Part shown: piece after piece, positions 8,378-16,513 of the stretch
How the letters are laid out: the number at the start of each line of letters is the position of its first letter
Position numbering within the stretch: position 1 is the stretch's first letter
From: an uncultured virus (IMG/VR IMGVR_UViG_2897137741_000002)
Taxonomy: Duplodnaviria; Heunggongvirae; Uroviricota; Caudoviricetes
Virus record (IMG/VR): IMGVR_UViG_2897137741_000002
Span: 117,587-137,586 of that record
Reading direction: 5' to 3' (one strand)
DNA length: 20,000 nt
Notes under the pieces: model-generated
Databases searched by the model: none
Told to the model about the DNA's origin: nothing
What the model saw: only the letters and a program-made list of their open reading frames with translations
Translations under genes and position numbers: made by a program

Positions 8378-8794
8378 ATGTTTATTATAGCGTATCTAAC
8401 TTTATTTCTAGCAGCTTATCTAATTGCATTAAACATTAATGAGGTCAGATTGATTATTCGAGGAGAAAGTGATACATATAGAAAAGTAAAGAGTGTGCTC
8501 GATAATTCAACTATTGAAAACGTGAAACGAAATAAGAATTTGATTTACCTGTTTACTTTGCTCAAGGGAATATCTTTCATTGTCCCTCTGGCTTATATTG
8601 GATTAGTTATGCACGATAACATCCTAATGCTTGCGTGGACAGCAGTTTCACTTATTTATGTTGTCCTTAGAATGTTCAAAGTTTTAGATGCATTAGAAGG
8701 TGAAAGAATCAAGCAAAACACATATTTTTACTTGTTATTTGTTTGTGGGAATTTTCTTTTTGTTGTATTTTATTTGGCAGATATATTCGTATAA
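8378..8794 (+). CDS. Predicted multi-pass membrane protein (start uncertain)
   Basis: About four hydrophobic segments. The AAGGAG SD abuts ATG8378, so ATT8384 or ATA8387 may be the true start. Confidence 0.75.
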   Translation: MFIIAYLTLFLAAYLIALNINEVRLIIRGESDTYRKVKSVLDNSTIENVKRNKNLIYLFTLLKGISFIVPLAYIGLVMHDNILMLAWTAVSLIYVVLRMFKVLDALEGERIKQNTYFYLLFVCGNFLFVVFYLADIFV

Positions 8795-8850
8795 AATATT
8801 TAATTAATGCTTTGCTTTTTCAAATACTATTTCCAAAAGGACTGAGAATC

Positions 8851-9690
8851 ATGACTCAATTCGATAAACAATACAGTTCAATCATAAATGACATTATAAA
8901 TAATGGAATCTCAGACGAAGAATTTCAAGTAAGAACAAAGTGGGACTCAGATGGAACACCGGCTCATACACTAAGCGTGATTAGTAAGCAAATGAGATTC
9001 GACAACTCAGAGGTTCCGATTTTAACGACAAAAAAAGTTGCCTGGAAAACAGCCATTAAAGAGTTGCTCTGGATTTGGCAGCTGAAATCTAATGATGTTA
9101 ATGATTTAAACAAGATGGGCGTACATATTTGGGATCAGTGGAAACAAGAAGACGGCACCATCGGACATGCATATGGATTTCAGCTGGGGAAGAAAAACAG
9201 AAGTCTAAATGGAGAAAAAGTGGATCAGGTAGACTATCTTCTTCATCAATTGAAGAACAACCCGTCTTCACGCAGACACATTACAATGCTGTGGAATCCT
9301 GATGATTTAGACTCAATGGCCTTAACGCCATGTGTATACGAAACTCAATGGTATGTTAAGCAAGGTAAGCTCCACCTCGAGGTAAGAGCACGGAGCAATG
9401 ATATGGCGTTGGGGAATCCATTCAATGTATTCCAGTACAATGTGTTGCAGCGCATGATTGCTCAAGTGACTGGTTATAAGCTTGGTGAATATATCTTTAA
9501 CATTGGGGATTGCCATGTGTACACACGTCATATAGACAATTTGAAAATTCAAATGGAAAGAGAACAGTTTGAAGCACCTGAACTATGGATCAATCCTGAA
9601 GTGAAAGATTTTTATCATTTTACAATCGATGATTTCAAATTAATCAACTATAAACATGGGGACAAGCTATTATTTGAGGTAGCGGTTTAA
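8851..9690 (+). CDS. thyA: Thymidylate synthase (ThyA/ThyP3 type, 279 aa)
   Basis: MTQFDKQY start after AAAAGGA; PSSRR, ALTPC, RSNDMALGNPFN and DCHVY motifs. Confidence 0.97.
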   Translation: MTQFDKQYSSIINDIINNGISDEEFQVRTKWDSDGTPAHTLSVISKQMRFDNSEVPILTTKKVAWKTAIKELLWIWQLKSNDVNDLNKMGVHIWDQWKQEDGTIGHAYGFQLGKKNRSLNGEKVDQVDYLLHQLKNNPSSRRHITMLWNPDDLDSMALTPCVYETQWYVKQGKLHLEVRARSNDMALGNPFNVFQYNVLQRMIAQVTGYKLGEYIFNIGDCHVYTRHIDNLKIQMEREQFEAPELWINPEVKDFYHFTIDDFKLINYKHGDKLLFEVAV

Positions 9691-10211
9691 TGCTATCTCT
9701 TATTGCTTGCTGTGATAAAACTCTGGCCATTGGACATCAAAACAAATTACTGTATCATGTGCCTGCTGACATGAAACATTTCAAAGAAAAAACTGAGGGG
9801 AAAATATGTATTCAAGGAAGATCAACATACGAATCAATTATCGGTATGACAGGTAAGCCTCTACAGAATAGAAGGAATATTATACTTACTAGGGATCAGA
9901 ACTTTAAGCCAGATTATTCATCCTTTGTGTATCATTCAATTGAGGAGGTCTTAAAGCTCATTCAAGGTCAAGTTAACACTGATGAGGAAGTGATGGTGAT
10001 AGGGGGAAGTATGATTTACAAAGCATTCTTGCCCTACGCTGATAAAGTGTATTTGACAATTGTTGATTCAGAGTCAAATGAAGCAGATTCATATTTCCCA
10101 ATGTTAGATGATCATTGGAAAGTGACTAATAAACAACATAATGAAGCCGATGAAAAGAACAAATACAATTATTCCTTCCTAACTTTTGAAAATAAATATA
10201 GACAAAAATAA
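9690..10211 (+). CDS. dfrA: Dihydrofolate reductase
   Basis: AIG..NKL, DMKHFK, GRSTYESI, PL.NRRNIILTR, VIGG..IY and ADSYFP motifs; TAATG coupling to thyA. Confidence 0.93.
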   Translation: MLSLIACCDKTLAIGHQNKLLYHVPADMKHFKEKTEGKICIQGRSTYESIIGMTGKPLQNRRNIILTRDQNFKPDYSSFVYHSIEEVLKLIQGQVNTDEEVMVIGGSMIYKAFLPYADKVYLTIVDSESNEADSYFPMLDDHWKVTNKQHNEADEKNKYNYSFLTFENKYRQK

Positions 10212-10335
10212 AAAATATGTATAATATAATAACAAGAGGTTGATGAAATAGCAGTTTTTTATTTAAAATACAAAAACAAAAAATATGCATTTTGATAAAA
10301 CTAATATTTTATTCAAACTTTAAGGAGGTGATTCA

Positions 10336-10698
10336 TTGGAGGCAGGAGACAAAATACATAACACCAACGAACAGATAAGAGTCTTAAAGGAAAAGAAATA
10401 TCAAATTGAAACAACATTACTTGAAAAACAGAGGGATCTTTTAAGACTTGAAACTCAGCAAAACAAAGAGAAGCTTGAATTCTTATTCGAGTTAAGCGAA
10501 GTCTTAACCCAATTGGAAGATGAAGAATGGGTAAGCTGCACGATTGCTTTACGAATTATTAGAAGAAATAAAAGAAAATACTTATATCTTTTTGATTTTA
10601 ATGATGACAAAGCATACATAAATAAGGATAAATTTAAAATTCTTCATGATGAATTCTTTGACCTGAAACAACAATTAAATGATATCTCAGGAGGCTGA
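10336..10698 (+). CDS. Hypothetical coiled-coil phage protein
   Basis: AAGGAGGTGA SD, TTG start, 120 aa. Confidence 0.85.
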   Translation: MEAGDKIHNTNEQIRVLKEKKYQIETTLLEKQRDLLRLETQQNKEKLEFLFELSEVLTQLEDEEWVSCTIALRIIRRNKRKYLYLFDFNDDKAYINKDKFKILHDEFFDLKQQLNDISGG

Positions 10699-10701
10699 AA
10701 A

Positions 10702-10998
10702 ATGAAAAATGTGAGTCAAACGGTAATCAATAATGCGAATACGGTATTTGAAAAGAAGGACGATAAATATTTTGGTTATAAGTCTCGTTTTGGAGATATC
10801 GTTATTGGGGGAGCATATTCATATAGATTTGTAGTTCACTACGCAAAAACGAATCAAGATGTTGTTATTATTCCTGGCGATGTGAATACGGTAACGACTC
10901 CGGTCTGTACGACACTAGAGGAACGTTTATGGCGGCCGGAGAAAAGCACACAAATACGCCGCGATGAGATCGTTGAGCAGGCAAAGGAGGACGAATAA
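10702..10998 (+). CDS. Hypothetical phage protein
   Basis: AGGAGG SD, 98 aa. Confidence 0.8.
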   Translation: MKNVSQTVINNANTVFEKKDDKYFGYKSRFGDIVIGGAYSYRFVVHYAKTNQDVVIIPGDVNTVTTPVCTTLEERLWRPEKSTQIRRDEIVEQAKEDE

Positions 10999-11220
10999 AT
11001 GAAACCAGAAAATTTACGGATTATAAAGGGGCATGGATGGTACAAAAATTTTGTAGGCCATGTTTATGAAATAGTAGAAGAAGATTTTATACAAGAAGCA
11101 TATTTGGTTAAAACTTGGTACACAACTGAAGACGACATAAGAATGAAATTGTGTGTAGTTTTTAAGGAAGACTGTGAAATTGAAATAAGTGAAAAAGTTG
11201 TCCAAGAAAGTGATTATTAA
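10999..11220 (+). CDS. Hypothetical phage protein
   Basis: AAAGGAGG SD; abuts the previous stop; 73 aa. Confidence 0.8.
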   Translation: MKPENLRIIKGHGWYKNFVGHVYEIVEEDFIQEAYLVKTWYTTEDDIRMKLCVVFKEDCEIEISEKVVQESDY

Positions 11221-11254
11221 ATAAAATCTGTATTTTAAAGAGAAAGGTGATTAA

Positions 11255-11377
11255 GTGAAAGAGTCGTTAAAGAATGACTTTCATGACTTCGTACATATTG
11301 CAAAAGATTTTCTGGCAGTATCTGGGGGAATCTTTTGGATTTTAATAATATTAATCTGTTTTTATGGAGGGAATTAG
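11255..11377 (+). CDS. 40-aa single-pass membrane peptide
   Basis: AGAAAGGTGA SD, GTG11255, MKESLKNDFHDFVHIAKDFLAVSGGIFWILIILICFYGGN. Not in the ORF track. Confidence 0.65.
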   Translation: MKESLKNDFHDFVHIAKDFLAVSGGIFWILIILICFYGGN

Positions 11378-11378
11378 G

Positions 11379-11579
11379 ATGAGCTTATTATTTAAGTTTG
11401 GTCTGATGAAATTGTCTCTGGAAAGTCTAGAGAGATTGAAAAACGATACGGAAAATAGAATTAAGGACGGATTACATAGTAACAATCAGACTTACATTGA
11501 AGACCAAACGAGAAAACATCAAGACATTTTAGACGAGTTAGCTAGGCGCAAGCAAACAGCTGTTGTGTATACGAAATAA
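11379..11579 (+). CDS. 66-aa hypothetical phage protein
   Basis: GGAGGG SD before ATG11379 (MSLLFKF...). Confidence 0.75.
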   Translation: MSLLFKFGLMKLSLESLERLKNDTENRIKDGLHSNNQTYIEDQTRKHQDILDELARRKQTAVVYTK

Positions 11580-11605
11580 AGGAGGAAAGAGGGGATTAAC
11601 CCCTC
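11580..11605 (-). terminator. Terminator hairpin for sspC (between convergent genes)
   Basis: GAGGGG-5nt-CCCCTC stem (11589-11605), followed on the minus strand by TTTCCTCCTTT. Confidence 0.6.
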
Positions 11606-11612
11606 ATGAAAA

Positions 11613-11831
11613 TTAATGAAATTGCCCGCCCATATTTTGTTGTGCTAAGCGAACTAAACGTTTAGTGATTTCTCCACCAACTGAACCGTTTGCACGAGAA
11701 GTAGTCTCAGCGCCTAATTGAACACCAAACTCAGAAGCTATTTCAAGTTTCATTTGTTCAATAGCTGAAGCTGCTTGAGGAACTAATAACTCATTATTGT
11801 TGTTTGATCTTGATCTGTTTTGTTGAGGCAT
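11613..11831 (-). CDS. sspC: Alpha/beta-type small acid-soluble spore protein (72 aa)
   Basis: [34 protein letters not shown] signature; AGGAG SD before ATG11831. Confidence 0.96.
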   Translation of the reverse strand: MPQQNRSRSNNNNELLVPQAASAIEQMKLEIASEFGVQLGAETTSRANGSVGGEITKRLVRLAQQNMGGQFH

Positions 11832-11877
11832 CTTATTCATCTCCTAAAGTGTAATGAAAACAAGCTTGTTTGAATCA

Positions 11878-11906
11878 TATTATGGAGAGATTATTTTAAT
11901 TTATAC
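11878..11906 (-). promoter_or_regulatory. sigmaG-type forespore promoter of sspC
   Basis: Minus strand GTATA-17nt-CATAATA. Confidence 0.75.
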
Positions 11907-11948
11907 ACACCAAAGATATAAATTTTCATTAAGGAAGGTGGAGACAAA

Positions 11949-12776
11949 ATGAAAATCGATTATGTATCAGATCTCCATATTAATCATTGGATTCCCTGGA
12001 ATGTGAATCAGATTAAGTGGGAGAAGAGAACAAGGGAAATCGTAAATAGGTTAATTTCAAATGGTAATGGAGAGGTATTGATCATTGCCGGTGATTTTAC
12101 TGAATGGAATCAACAAACATTATGGGTTTTGGATGAGGCAGCAAAGCAATACGAGAAGGTTTACTTTACATATGGAAATCATGATCTTTACTTACTTAGC
12201 AAGAGCCAAAAAAGAAAATACTCAGACTCAATAGGCAGGTTGAATGATCTAATCAAAAAAGCTGCGGACATAAATAAAGTAACTCCTTTAATTAAGACAA
12301 CTGATACATACAAAGGTAAAGTTTTTGCAGGAGATGTTATGTGGTACCTACCAAAAGGAATTGAAGGATGGGATTTCTATAGAGGGGTGTCAAATGATTC
12401 TAATTACATTTCCATTAATGGATACAGCAAAGAAGATGGAGTAAGAGCAATGTGGAAAGAATCAATGGATTGGTATGAAACGCTTGAAAACACCCAAGTT
12501 GATGTTTTTGTTTCTCATGTTCCACCTGTTCACAATCCTTATTCCCCGTTTGAGCCAAACAGCTGCTATATGGTTGATGTCCCATTCATTAACGCAAAAC
12601 ATTGGATTTGTGGCCATGACCATTTACAAGCTGAATTTGACAAAGAGGGAACAAGCTTTCACATGAATTGTATCGGATACCCGTATGACTACGATAATTA
12701 TCCTTGCGTCAATGTGATACCAGGAAATGAAGTAGATTCATATAAAACATTTGAACTTAAAACATTCGAGATTTAG
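11949..12776 (+). CDS. yotB: Calcineurin-like metallophosphoesterase (YotB-like)
   Basis: SDLH, AGD, GNHD, SHVPP and GHDH motifs; 275 aa. Confidence 0.92.
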   Translation: MKIDYVSDLHINHWIPWNVNQIKWEKRTREIVNRLISNGNGEVLIIAGDFTEWNQQTLWVLDEAAKQYEKVYFTYGNHDLYLLSKSQKRKYSDSIGRLNDLIKKAADINKVTPLIKTTDTYKGKVFAGDVMWYLPKGIEGWDFYRGVSNDSNYISINGYSKEDGVRAMWKESMDWYETLENTQVDVFVSHVPPVHNPYSPFEPNSCYMVDVPFINAKHWICGHDHLQAEFDKEGTSFHMNCIGYPYDYDNYPCVNVIPGNEVDSYKTFELKTFEI

Positions 12777-12822
12777 ATTCAGTTAAAATTCTAATTTTAT
12801 ACAGAAAAGGAGCACGATCAAT

Positions 12823-13128
12823 ATGAACAGTTATGGTTATAAGAGAAGTGAAAAATTCGAAGAACTTAGAAGTGTACTACGTCATTCTTTACCCAGTAGG
12901 ACAATGTTAAACAATGTTTCAATCGGAGCAATTGAGATAAATGGAATGTTGATTATTTTGAAAAATCGTTATGACGTATATACTTCTCATAACGTCTCCT
13001 TCATTCATTACAATGAAAAGCATGACCCTAATTATCATTACAACGAATTAAAGGGAAGAGATGTAATATTCGATATTGAATTATTGAACAGAGCAGGAAG
13101 AGATGCGTTAATGGAGTTTTATTATTGA
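12823..13128 (+). CDS. Hypothetical phage protein
   Basis: AAAAGGAG SD, 101 aa. Confidence 0.8.
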   Translation: MNSYGYKRSEKFEELRSVLRHSLPSRTMLNNVSIGAIEINGMLIILKNRYDVYTSHNVSFIHYNEKHDPNYHYNELKGRDVIFDIELLNRAGRDALMEFYY

Positions 13129-13168
13129 TAAAATGTTGATTTCATTTAGAAAAAGGAGTTGGAGCAAT

Positions 13169-13318
13169 TTGGAATGGAAATATCGTCTTTTCATAAACGA
13201 TGTTTTCTGGAAGGGATATGGAGGATATCCGACAGTGCAACAATTAGAGGTAGAAAGAAGATCTTATAAAAATTCTGGGATTTATAAAGGTGGAAAAATT
13301 AAGATAGAAGTTGCCTGA
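13169..13318 (+). CDS. 49-aa hypothetical phage protein
   Basis: AAAGGAG/GGAG SD before TTG13169 (MEWKYRLFIND...). The track start at 13133 has no SD. Confidence 0.65.
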   Translation: MEWKYRLFINDVFWKGYGGYPTVQQLEVERRSYKNSGIYKGGKIKIEVA

Positions 13319-13339
13319 CTTTATAAAGGGGATGCGTAT

Positions 13340-13756
13340 ATGAAGAACGCAGTTGAGCGGTTTGATTGGTGGGGAGTGACTTTAACCGGTAAGTATAAAA
13401 CAGTGAAGACTTTATACCAATTGATGGACATCAACAAAACACTGTTTGAGAATCTCTACAAGGTGCAAGCAGACTCAATTGAAGAGCTTGTAAACAAATT
13501 ATATGAACAGTTTCCTGAGTATGAGAAGAAGTTCTTGAAGTTTGTAAGTGAGCAGTTACCTAATCTGAAGAGGTGCTTACAGTTCGAACTGCCTTATAAT
13601 TCTCAACTAATATCCAGCATTGAATATGAAATTTTCATATCCGGTGCCGAAACTGATTGTGAATATCCGTATGATGCTAGGGATTGCATTATTACTTTCT
13701 TTCAACGGATACCAGAAATAATCGGTTCATACAAGGAGGGATTCAGTGCAGAATAA
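13340..13756 (+). CDS. Hypothetical protein, paralogue of 13746-14168
   Basis: AAAGGGG SD, 138 aa; gapless similarity to the next ORF. Confidence 0.85.
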   Translation: MKNAVERFDWWGVTLTGKYKTVKTLYQLMDINKTLFENLYKVQADSIEELVNKLYEQFPEYEKKFLKFVSEQLPNLKRCLQFELPYNSQLISSIEYEIFISGAETDCEYPYDARDCIITFFQRIPEIIGSYKEGFSAE

Positions 13757-14168
13757 ATTAACTTGGTTTGATTTAAATTATAGAACTGATTCAGAGTCTA
13801 AAATTAGCTGTTGTTTACTGCGAGTGTTTGACCTTATAAAAGAGAGCTTGCGCATATACTTCAATATAGAGAATTCTAAAGATATTTATGATTTTTTGTC
13901 CCAGGCTAAAAGACAAAGCAAGGATAACCTTTTTGTTGAATGGTTTTTAAATAAAGGAATTCCTAAATTAAGGAGTATTGACTTAAACAACTTGCCAAAA
14001 GATGACCGTTTTCTTGCAATGTTGGAACTTGATGAGTATATCTTAAAAAGTGAAATGGACTTTGCAGATCTAGAAGAAATAAGAAGCTGCATAATTTCAT
14101 TTGTAAGTAGTCTTCAACAATACATTGACCTATGTAAGGAGGAGTTAAATGAAAAATGCAGAGTTTAA
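13746..14168 (+). CDS. Hypothetical protein, paralogue of 13340-13756
   Basis: AAGGAGG SD, GTG start, 140 aa; overlaps both neighbours. Confidence 0.85.
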   Translation: MQNKLTWFDLNYRTDSESKISCCLLRVFDLIKESLRIYFNIENSKDIYDFLSQAKRQSKDNLFVEWFLNKGIPKLRSIDLNNLPKDDRFLAMLELDEYILKSEMDFADLEEIRSCIISFVSSLQQYIDLCKEELNEKCRV

Positions 14169-14697
14169 TATAACAAGTTTCTTAGATGAATATAAACGAA
14201 GAGACCAGATGCGAAGAGATTTTATTATTTATGAAGGCTGCACTGCTATTGAAGAGATCATTAAAGAAGTTAATAAAAGGGGATCACTAAATGAGGCTGA
14301 TATTTATTACGGAACTCCTAAACCTCAACTAAGTTTCTCGGACGTTGAATTAGGCTACATGCTTACTTCAATGATGGAATATGCGACAAATCATGTAGGA
14401 AACCCAGTTGATGAGAAATGTGAATTTGAAAATAAGCTGGCTTATTTTGAGTATAAGGACGAGATTCTTGAAATTTTTGAAGTGTATGGCCAAGGTACTG
14501 AAAGCTGGTTTTCCAAACCAAGTGACGATACCATCGATAAATTGAATAACACAGCTTACGGAGTGTATTTAATCCAGTTCGATGATTTCATTAATTACAC
14601 TAAAAATAATGATAGTAAGAGTGAAAAGCTGTCCCCAAGCAGCACGATCTTAAATGACATTACGGGCGGATATACAGTTGGAAGAGGTTCTAAGTAG
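14149..14697 (+). CDS. Hypothetical acidic phage protein
   Basis: AAGGAGGAG SD, 182 aa. Confidence 0.85.
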   Translation: MKNAEFNITSFLDEYKRRDQMRRDFIIYEGCTAIEEIIKEVNKRGSLNEADIYYGTPKPQLSFSDVELGYMLTSMMEYATNHVGNPVDEKCEFENKLAYFEYKDEILEIFEVYGQGTESWFSKPSDDTIDKLNNTAYGVYLIQFDDFINYTKNNDSKSEKLSPSSTILNDITGGYTVGRGSK

Positions 14698-14871
14698 ATG
14701 ATTGTAACAGCTTGGGTTTTGTTGATAATGTTTGGTTTATTCTCTTTATCAGATTTGAACTTAACTGAAGATGAAACAAAGCATATCAAGTTCTTCATAA
14801 TAATGAAATTTGTTTCTGTCTTTATAGCTGCTGTAGCTGCAGGAGTAATTTGGGGAGGATTGTTTCAATGA
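14698..14871 (+). CDS. 57-aa two-TM membrane protein (YotH-like)
   Basis: [24 protein letters not shown]...[17 protein letters not shown]. Abuts the upstream stop and overlaps the next ATG. Not in the ORF track. Confidence 0.75.
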   Translation: MIVTAWVLLIMFGLFSLSDLNLTEDETKHIKFFIIMKFVSVFIAAVAAGVIWGGLFQ

Positions 14872-15119
14872 AAAATGTAAAAACAATTGGATTACATATT
14901 GAAGGAGCTCTGTTTAACGAAGATGGCACTGAATTTACTTATGATGACTTAATAAAGATAATTGAATCTAATGGGATTGAATTTTGCGGACAGACATGTG
15001 TCATCACAGACGAAGGTAAGCTCCTAGATGAAACAGGTAAAGAGATTGACAAGGATAAATGTAAAACATTTAAAGAAGAGCTAGATCACATGATAAAAAT
15101 TAAGAACATTTTGTTTTGA
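14868..15119 (+). CDS. 83-aa hypothetical phage protein
   Basis: GGGGAGG SD, ATGA overlap (MKNVKTIG...). Confidence 0.8.
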   Translation: MKNVKTIGLHIEGALFNEDGTEFTYDDLIKIIESNGIEFCGQTCVITDEGKLLDETGKEIDKDKCKTFKEELDHMIKIKNILF

Positions 15120-15180
15120 ATTATAGATAAAATCGGTCTTTTATTTAAAGTGAAAATAAAATTAGTGGAGGTGAAAGGGG

Positions 15181-15366
15181 ATTAACGAGGCTTATCATTC
15201 AATTCAAACATTGTATAACAAGATGGATAGACAAATGAAAACAGTAAGGGAAGCCATTGAAGAAAAAGATTTGCAAAGAGCGCATCGTAACTTAATTAAC
15301 TTAGCAGACAATAATGAGGAATTAATGCAGGAAATCAGGTGGATCAAAAAAGGTGCCACCTGGTAA
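15181..15366 (+). CDS. 61-aa coiled-coil protein (YotK-like) with probable ATT start
   Basis: GGAGGTGA SD (GGAGG 9 nt before ATT15181); in-frame TGA at 15172; xNEAYHSIQTLYNKMDRQM...KKGATW. Confidence 0.65.
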   Translation: MNEAYHSIQTLYNKMDRQMKTVREAIEEKDLQRAHRNLINLADNNEELMQEIRWIKKGATW

Positions 15367-15367
15367 G

Positions 15368-15610
15368 CTATTTGATCAATTGTCTACGCTCTTTAAAGTT
15401 CCATACATACAGCTCTTCTATAGAGCAGCCTATGGCATCAGCAATTGTCATTGCTGTTCCAATATTCATGTTTGATTTAAAACCACTTACATAATCATTA
15501 ATACGTTGTTTAGATAATCCAGTACGTTCTACAAGCACATCAATTGAAACGCTATATTCATACATGAGTTCATTGAGTCTAGAATCAACTGGTTTCCATT
15601 GTTTTTTCAT
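15368..15610 (-). CDS. yotL: Cro/C1-type HTH transcriptional regulator (YotL-like)
   Basis: LVERTGLSKQRINDY...IADAIGCSIEEL HTH pattern; AAAGAGGTG SD. Confidence 0.88.
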   Translation of the reverse strand: MKKQWKPVDSRLNELMYEYSVSIDVLVERTGLSKQRINDYVSGFKSNMNIGTAMTIADAIGCSIEELYVWNFKERRQLIK

Positions 15611-15631
15611 TTAGTACACCTCTTTCAGCAA

Positions 15632-15660
15632 ATTTTAGCACATACATAATTTACCTTCAA
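15632..15660 (-). promoter_or_regulatory. sigmaA-type promoter for the HTH gene
   Basis: Minus strand TTGAAG-17nt-TAAAAT with a TGn extended -10. Confidence 0.65.
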
Positions 15661-15682
15661 TATAGATTAGGAGAGTGATTGA

Positions 15683-16282
15683 TTGGGAGCAAACAATCAA
15701 GGGAAAGTTTTTGAAGCGAACATTGAAAAATCAGCAGCAGATCAGAAGCTGTTCTTCTACAGGATTAAAGATGTTAATCCAATGTTCTTGAAAAGAGGGG
15801 CAGCAGTATCAAAAAACAAATATGATTGCTTTCTGTTCTTTAAGGGGTACTTGTTTCCTTTTGAGCTTAAATCAACAAAGGACAAGTCTATTGCATTTCG
15901 AGAAGAAATTATAAAGGCACAACAGATAAAACACTTAAAAGAGGCAACTCAATACCCGAACATAATTCCTGGCTTTCTGTTTCAATTTAGAGAGCCGGAA
16001 AACAAAGTTTATTTCGTACATATTAATGATTTCCTTACATATAAGAACATAGCTGAAAAACAGTTGAAACATACATATAAGAATAAAGTAAACAAAGCCA
16101 GTATTCCGATTGCGATTTGTGAAGAAATCGGTACTGAAGTGCGCTCGATGAAAAAGAAAGTGAATTATACATATTATCTAAACAAACTTTGCGATGATTT
16201 GATAAAGAAATCCAAGTTATTGGACAACCCACTTAATTCATACATTGATGACAAGTCATCTATGGGAGTGGTGCATCAATGA
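15683..16282 (+). CDS. yotM: RecU-like Holliday junction resolvase (YotM-like)
   Basis: NQGKVFE, YD...FELKST PD-(D/E)xK motif and QQIKHL; AGGAG SD, TTG start. Confidence 0.85.
   Translation: MGANNQGKVFEANIEKSAADQKLFFYRIKDVNPMFLKRGAAVSKNKYDCFLFFKGYLFPFELKSTKDKSIAFREEIIKAQQIKHLKEATQYPNIIPGFLFQFREPENKVYFVHINDFLTYKNIAEKQLKHTYKNKVNKASIPIAICEEIGTEVRSMKKKVNYTYYLNKLCDDLIKKSKLLDNPLNSYIDDKSSMGVVHQ
16216..16246 (+). promoter_or_regulatory. Candidate sigmaE (mother-cell) promoter upstream of the putative RDF
   Basis: GTTATT-17nt-CATACATT. The -10 matches sigmaE CATACAnT; the -35 is imperfect. Confidence 0.5.
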
Positions 16283-16425
16283 GCAAAAGAAGAGAATGCG
16301 CAGAAAACTATAAGGTAACCACAGTTATTAATCAGGATGTAGAAAATTGGGTTGAAGAGGTGATATCAACTAAAGAATTTTATGATTTTGCAGCTACATT
16401 AATGTACAAGTATAAAAAAGCATAA
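16279..16425 (+). CDS. 48-aa candidate recombination directionality factor (SprB-equivalent position)
   Basis: GGGAG SD, ATGA overlap with the yotM-like gene; MSKRRECAENYKVTTVINQDVENWVEEVISTKEFYDFAATLMYKYKKA. Function inferred from synteny only. Confidence 0.6.
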   Translation: MSKRRECAENYKVTTVINQDVENWVEEVISTKEFYDFAATLMYKYKKA

Positions 16426-16431
16426 GGTAAA

Positions 16432-16465
16432 ACAAGTATACCTGTTTTTCCCATGGTATACTTGT
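16432..16465 (+). promoter_or_regulatory. 11-bp perfect inverted repeat containing an extended -10, upstream of the recombinase
   Basis: ACAAGTATACC (16432-16442), 12-nt spacer, GGTATACTTGT (16455-16465); TGgTATACT at 16454-16462. Confidence 0.6.
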
Positions 16466-16513
16466 GCTTATATACAGACATAAAAGATAAAGCAATATGG
16501 AGGTTATGATCTA

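Noticed and set aside
8743..8850. N-terminal extension of thyA (track start 8743)
   Set aside because: It overlaps the upstream gene and has no SD. ThyA homology starts at ATG8851.
10199..10230. sigmaA promoter TAGACA...TATAAT after dfr
   Set aside because: Spacing is 15 or 20 nt to the two TATAAT hexamers. Plausible but not supportable.
12823..15119. Known anti-defence proteins (Tad1, Tad2, Gad1, Acb1)
   Set aside because: I could not recognise their motifs in these ORFs. An HMM or structure search would be needed.
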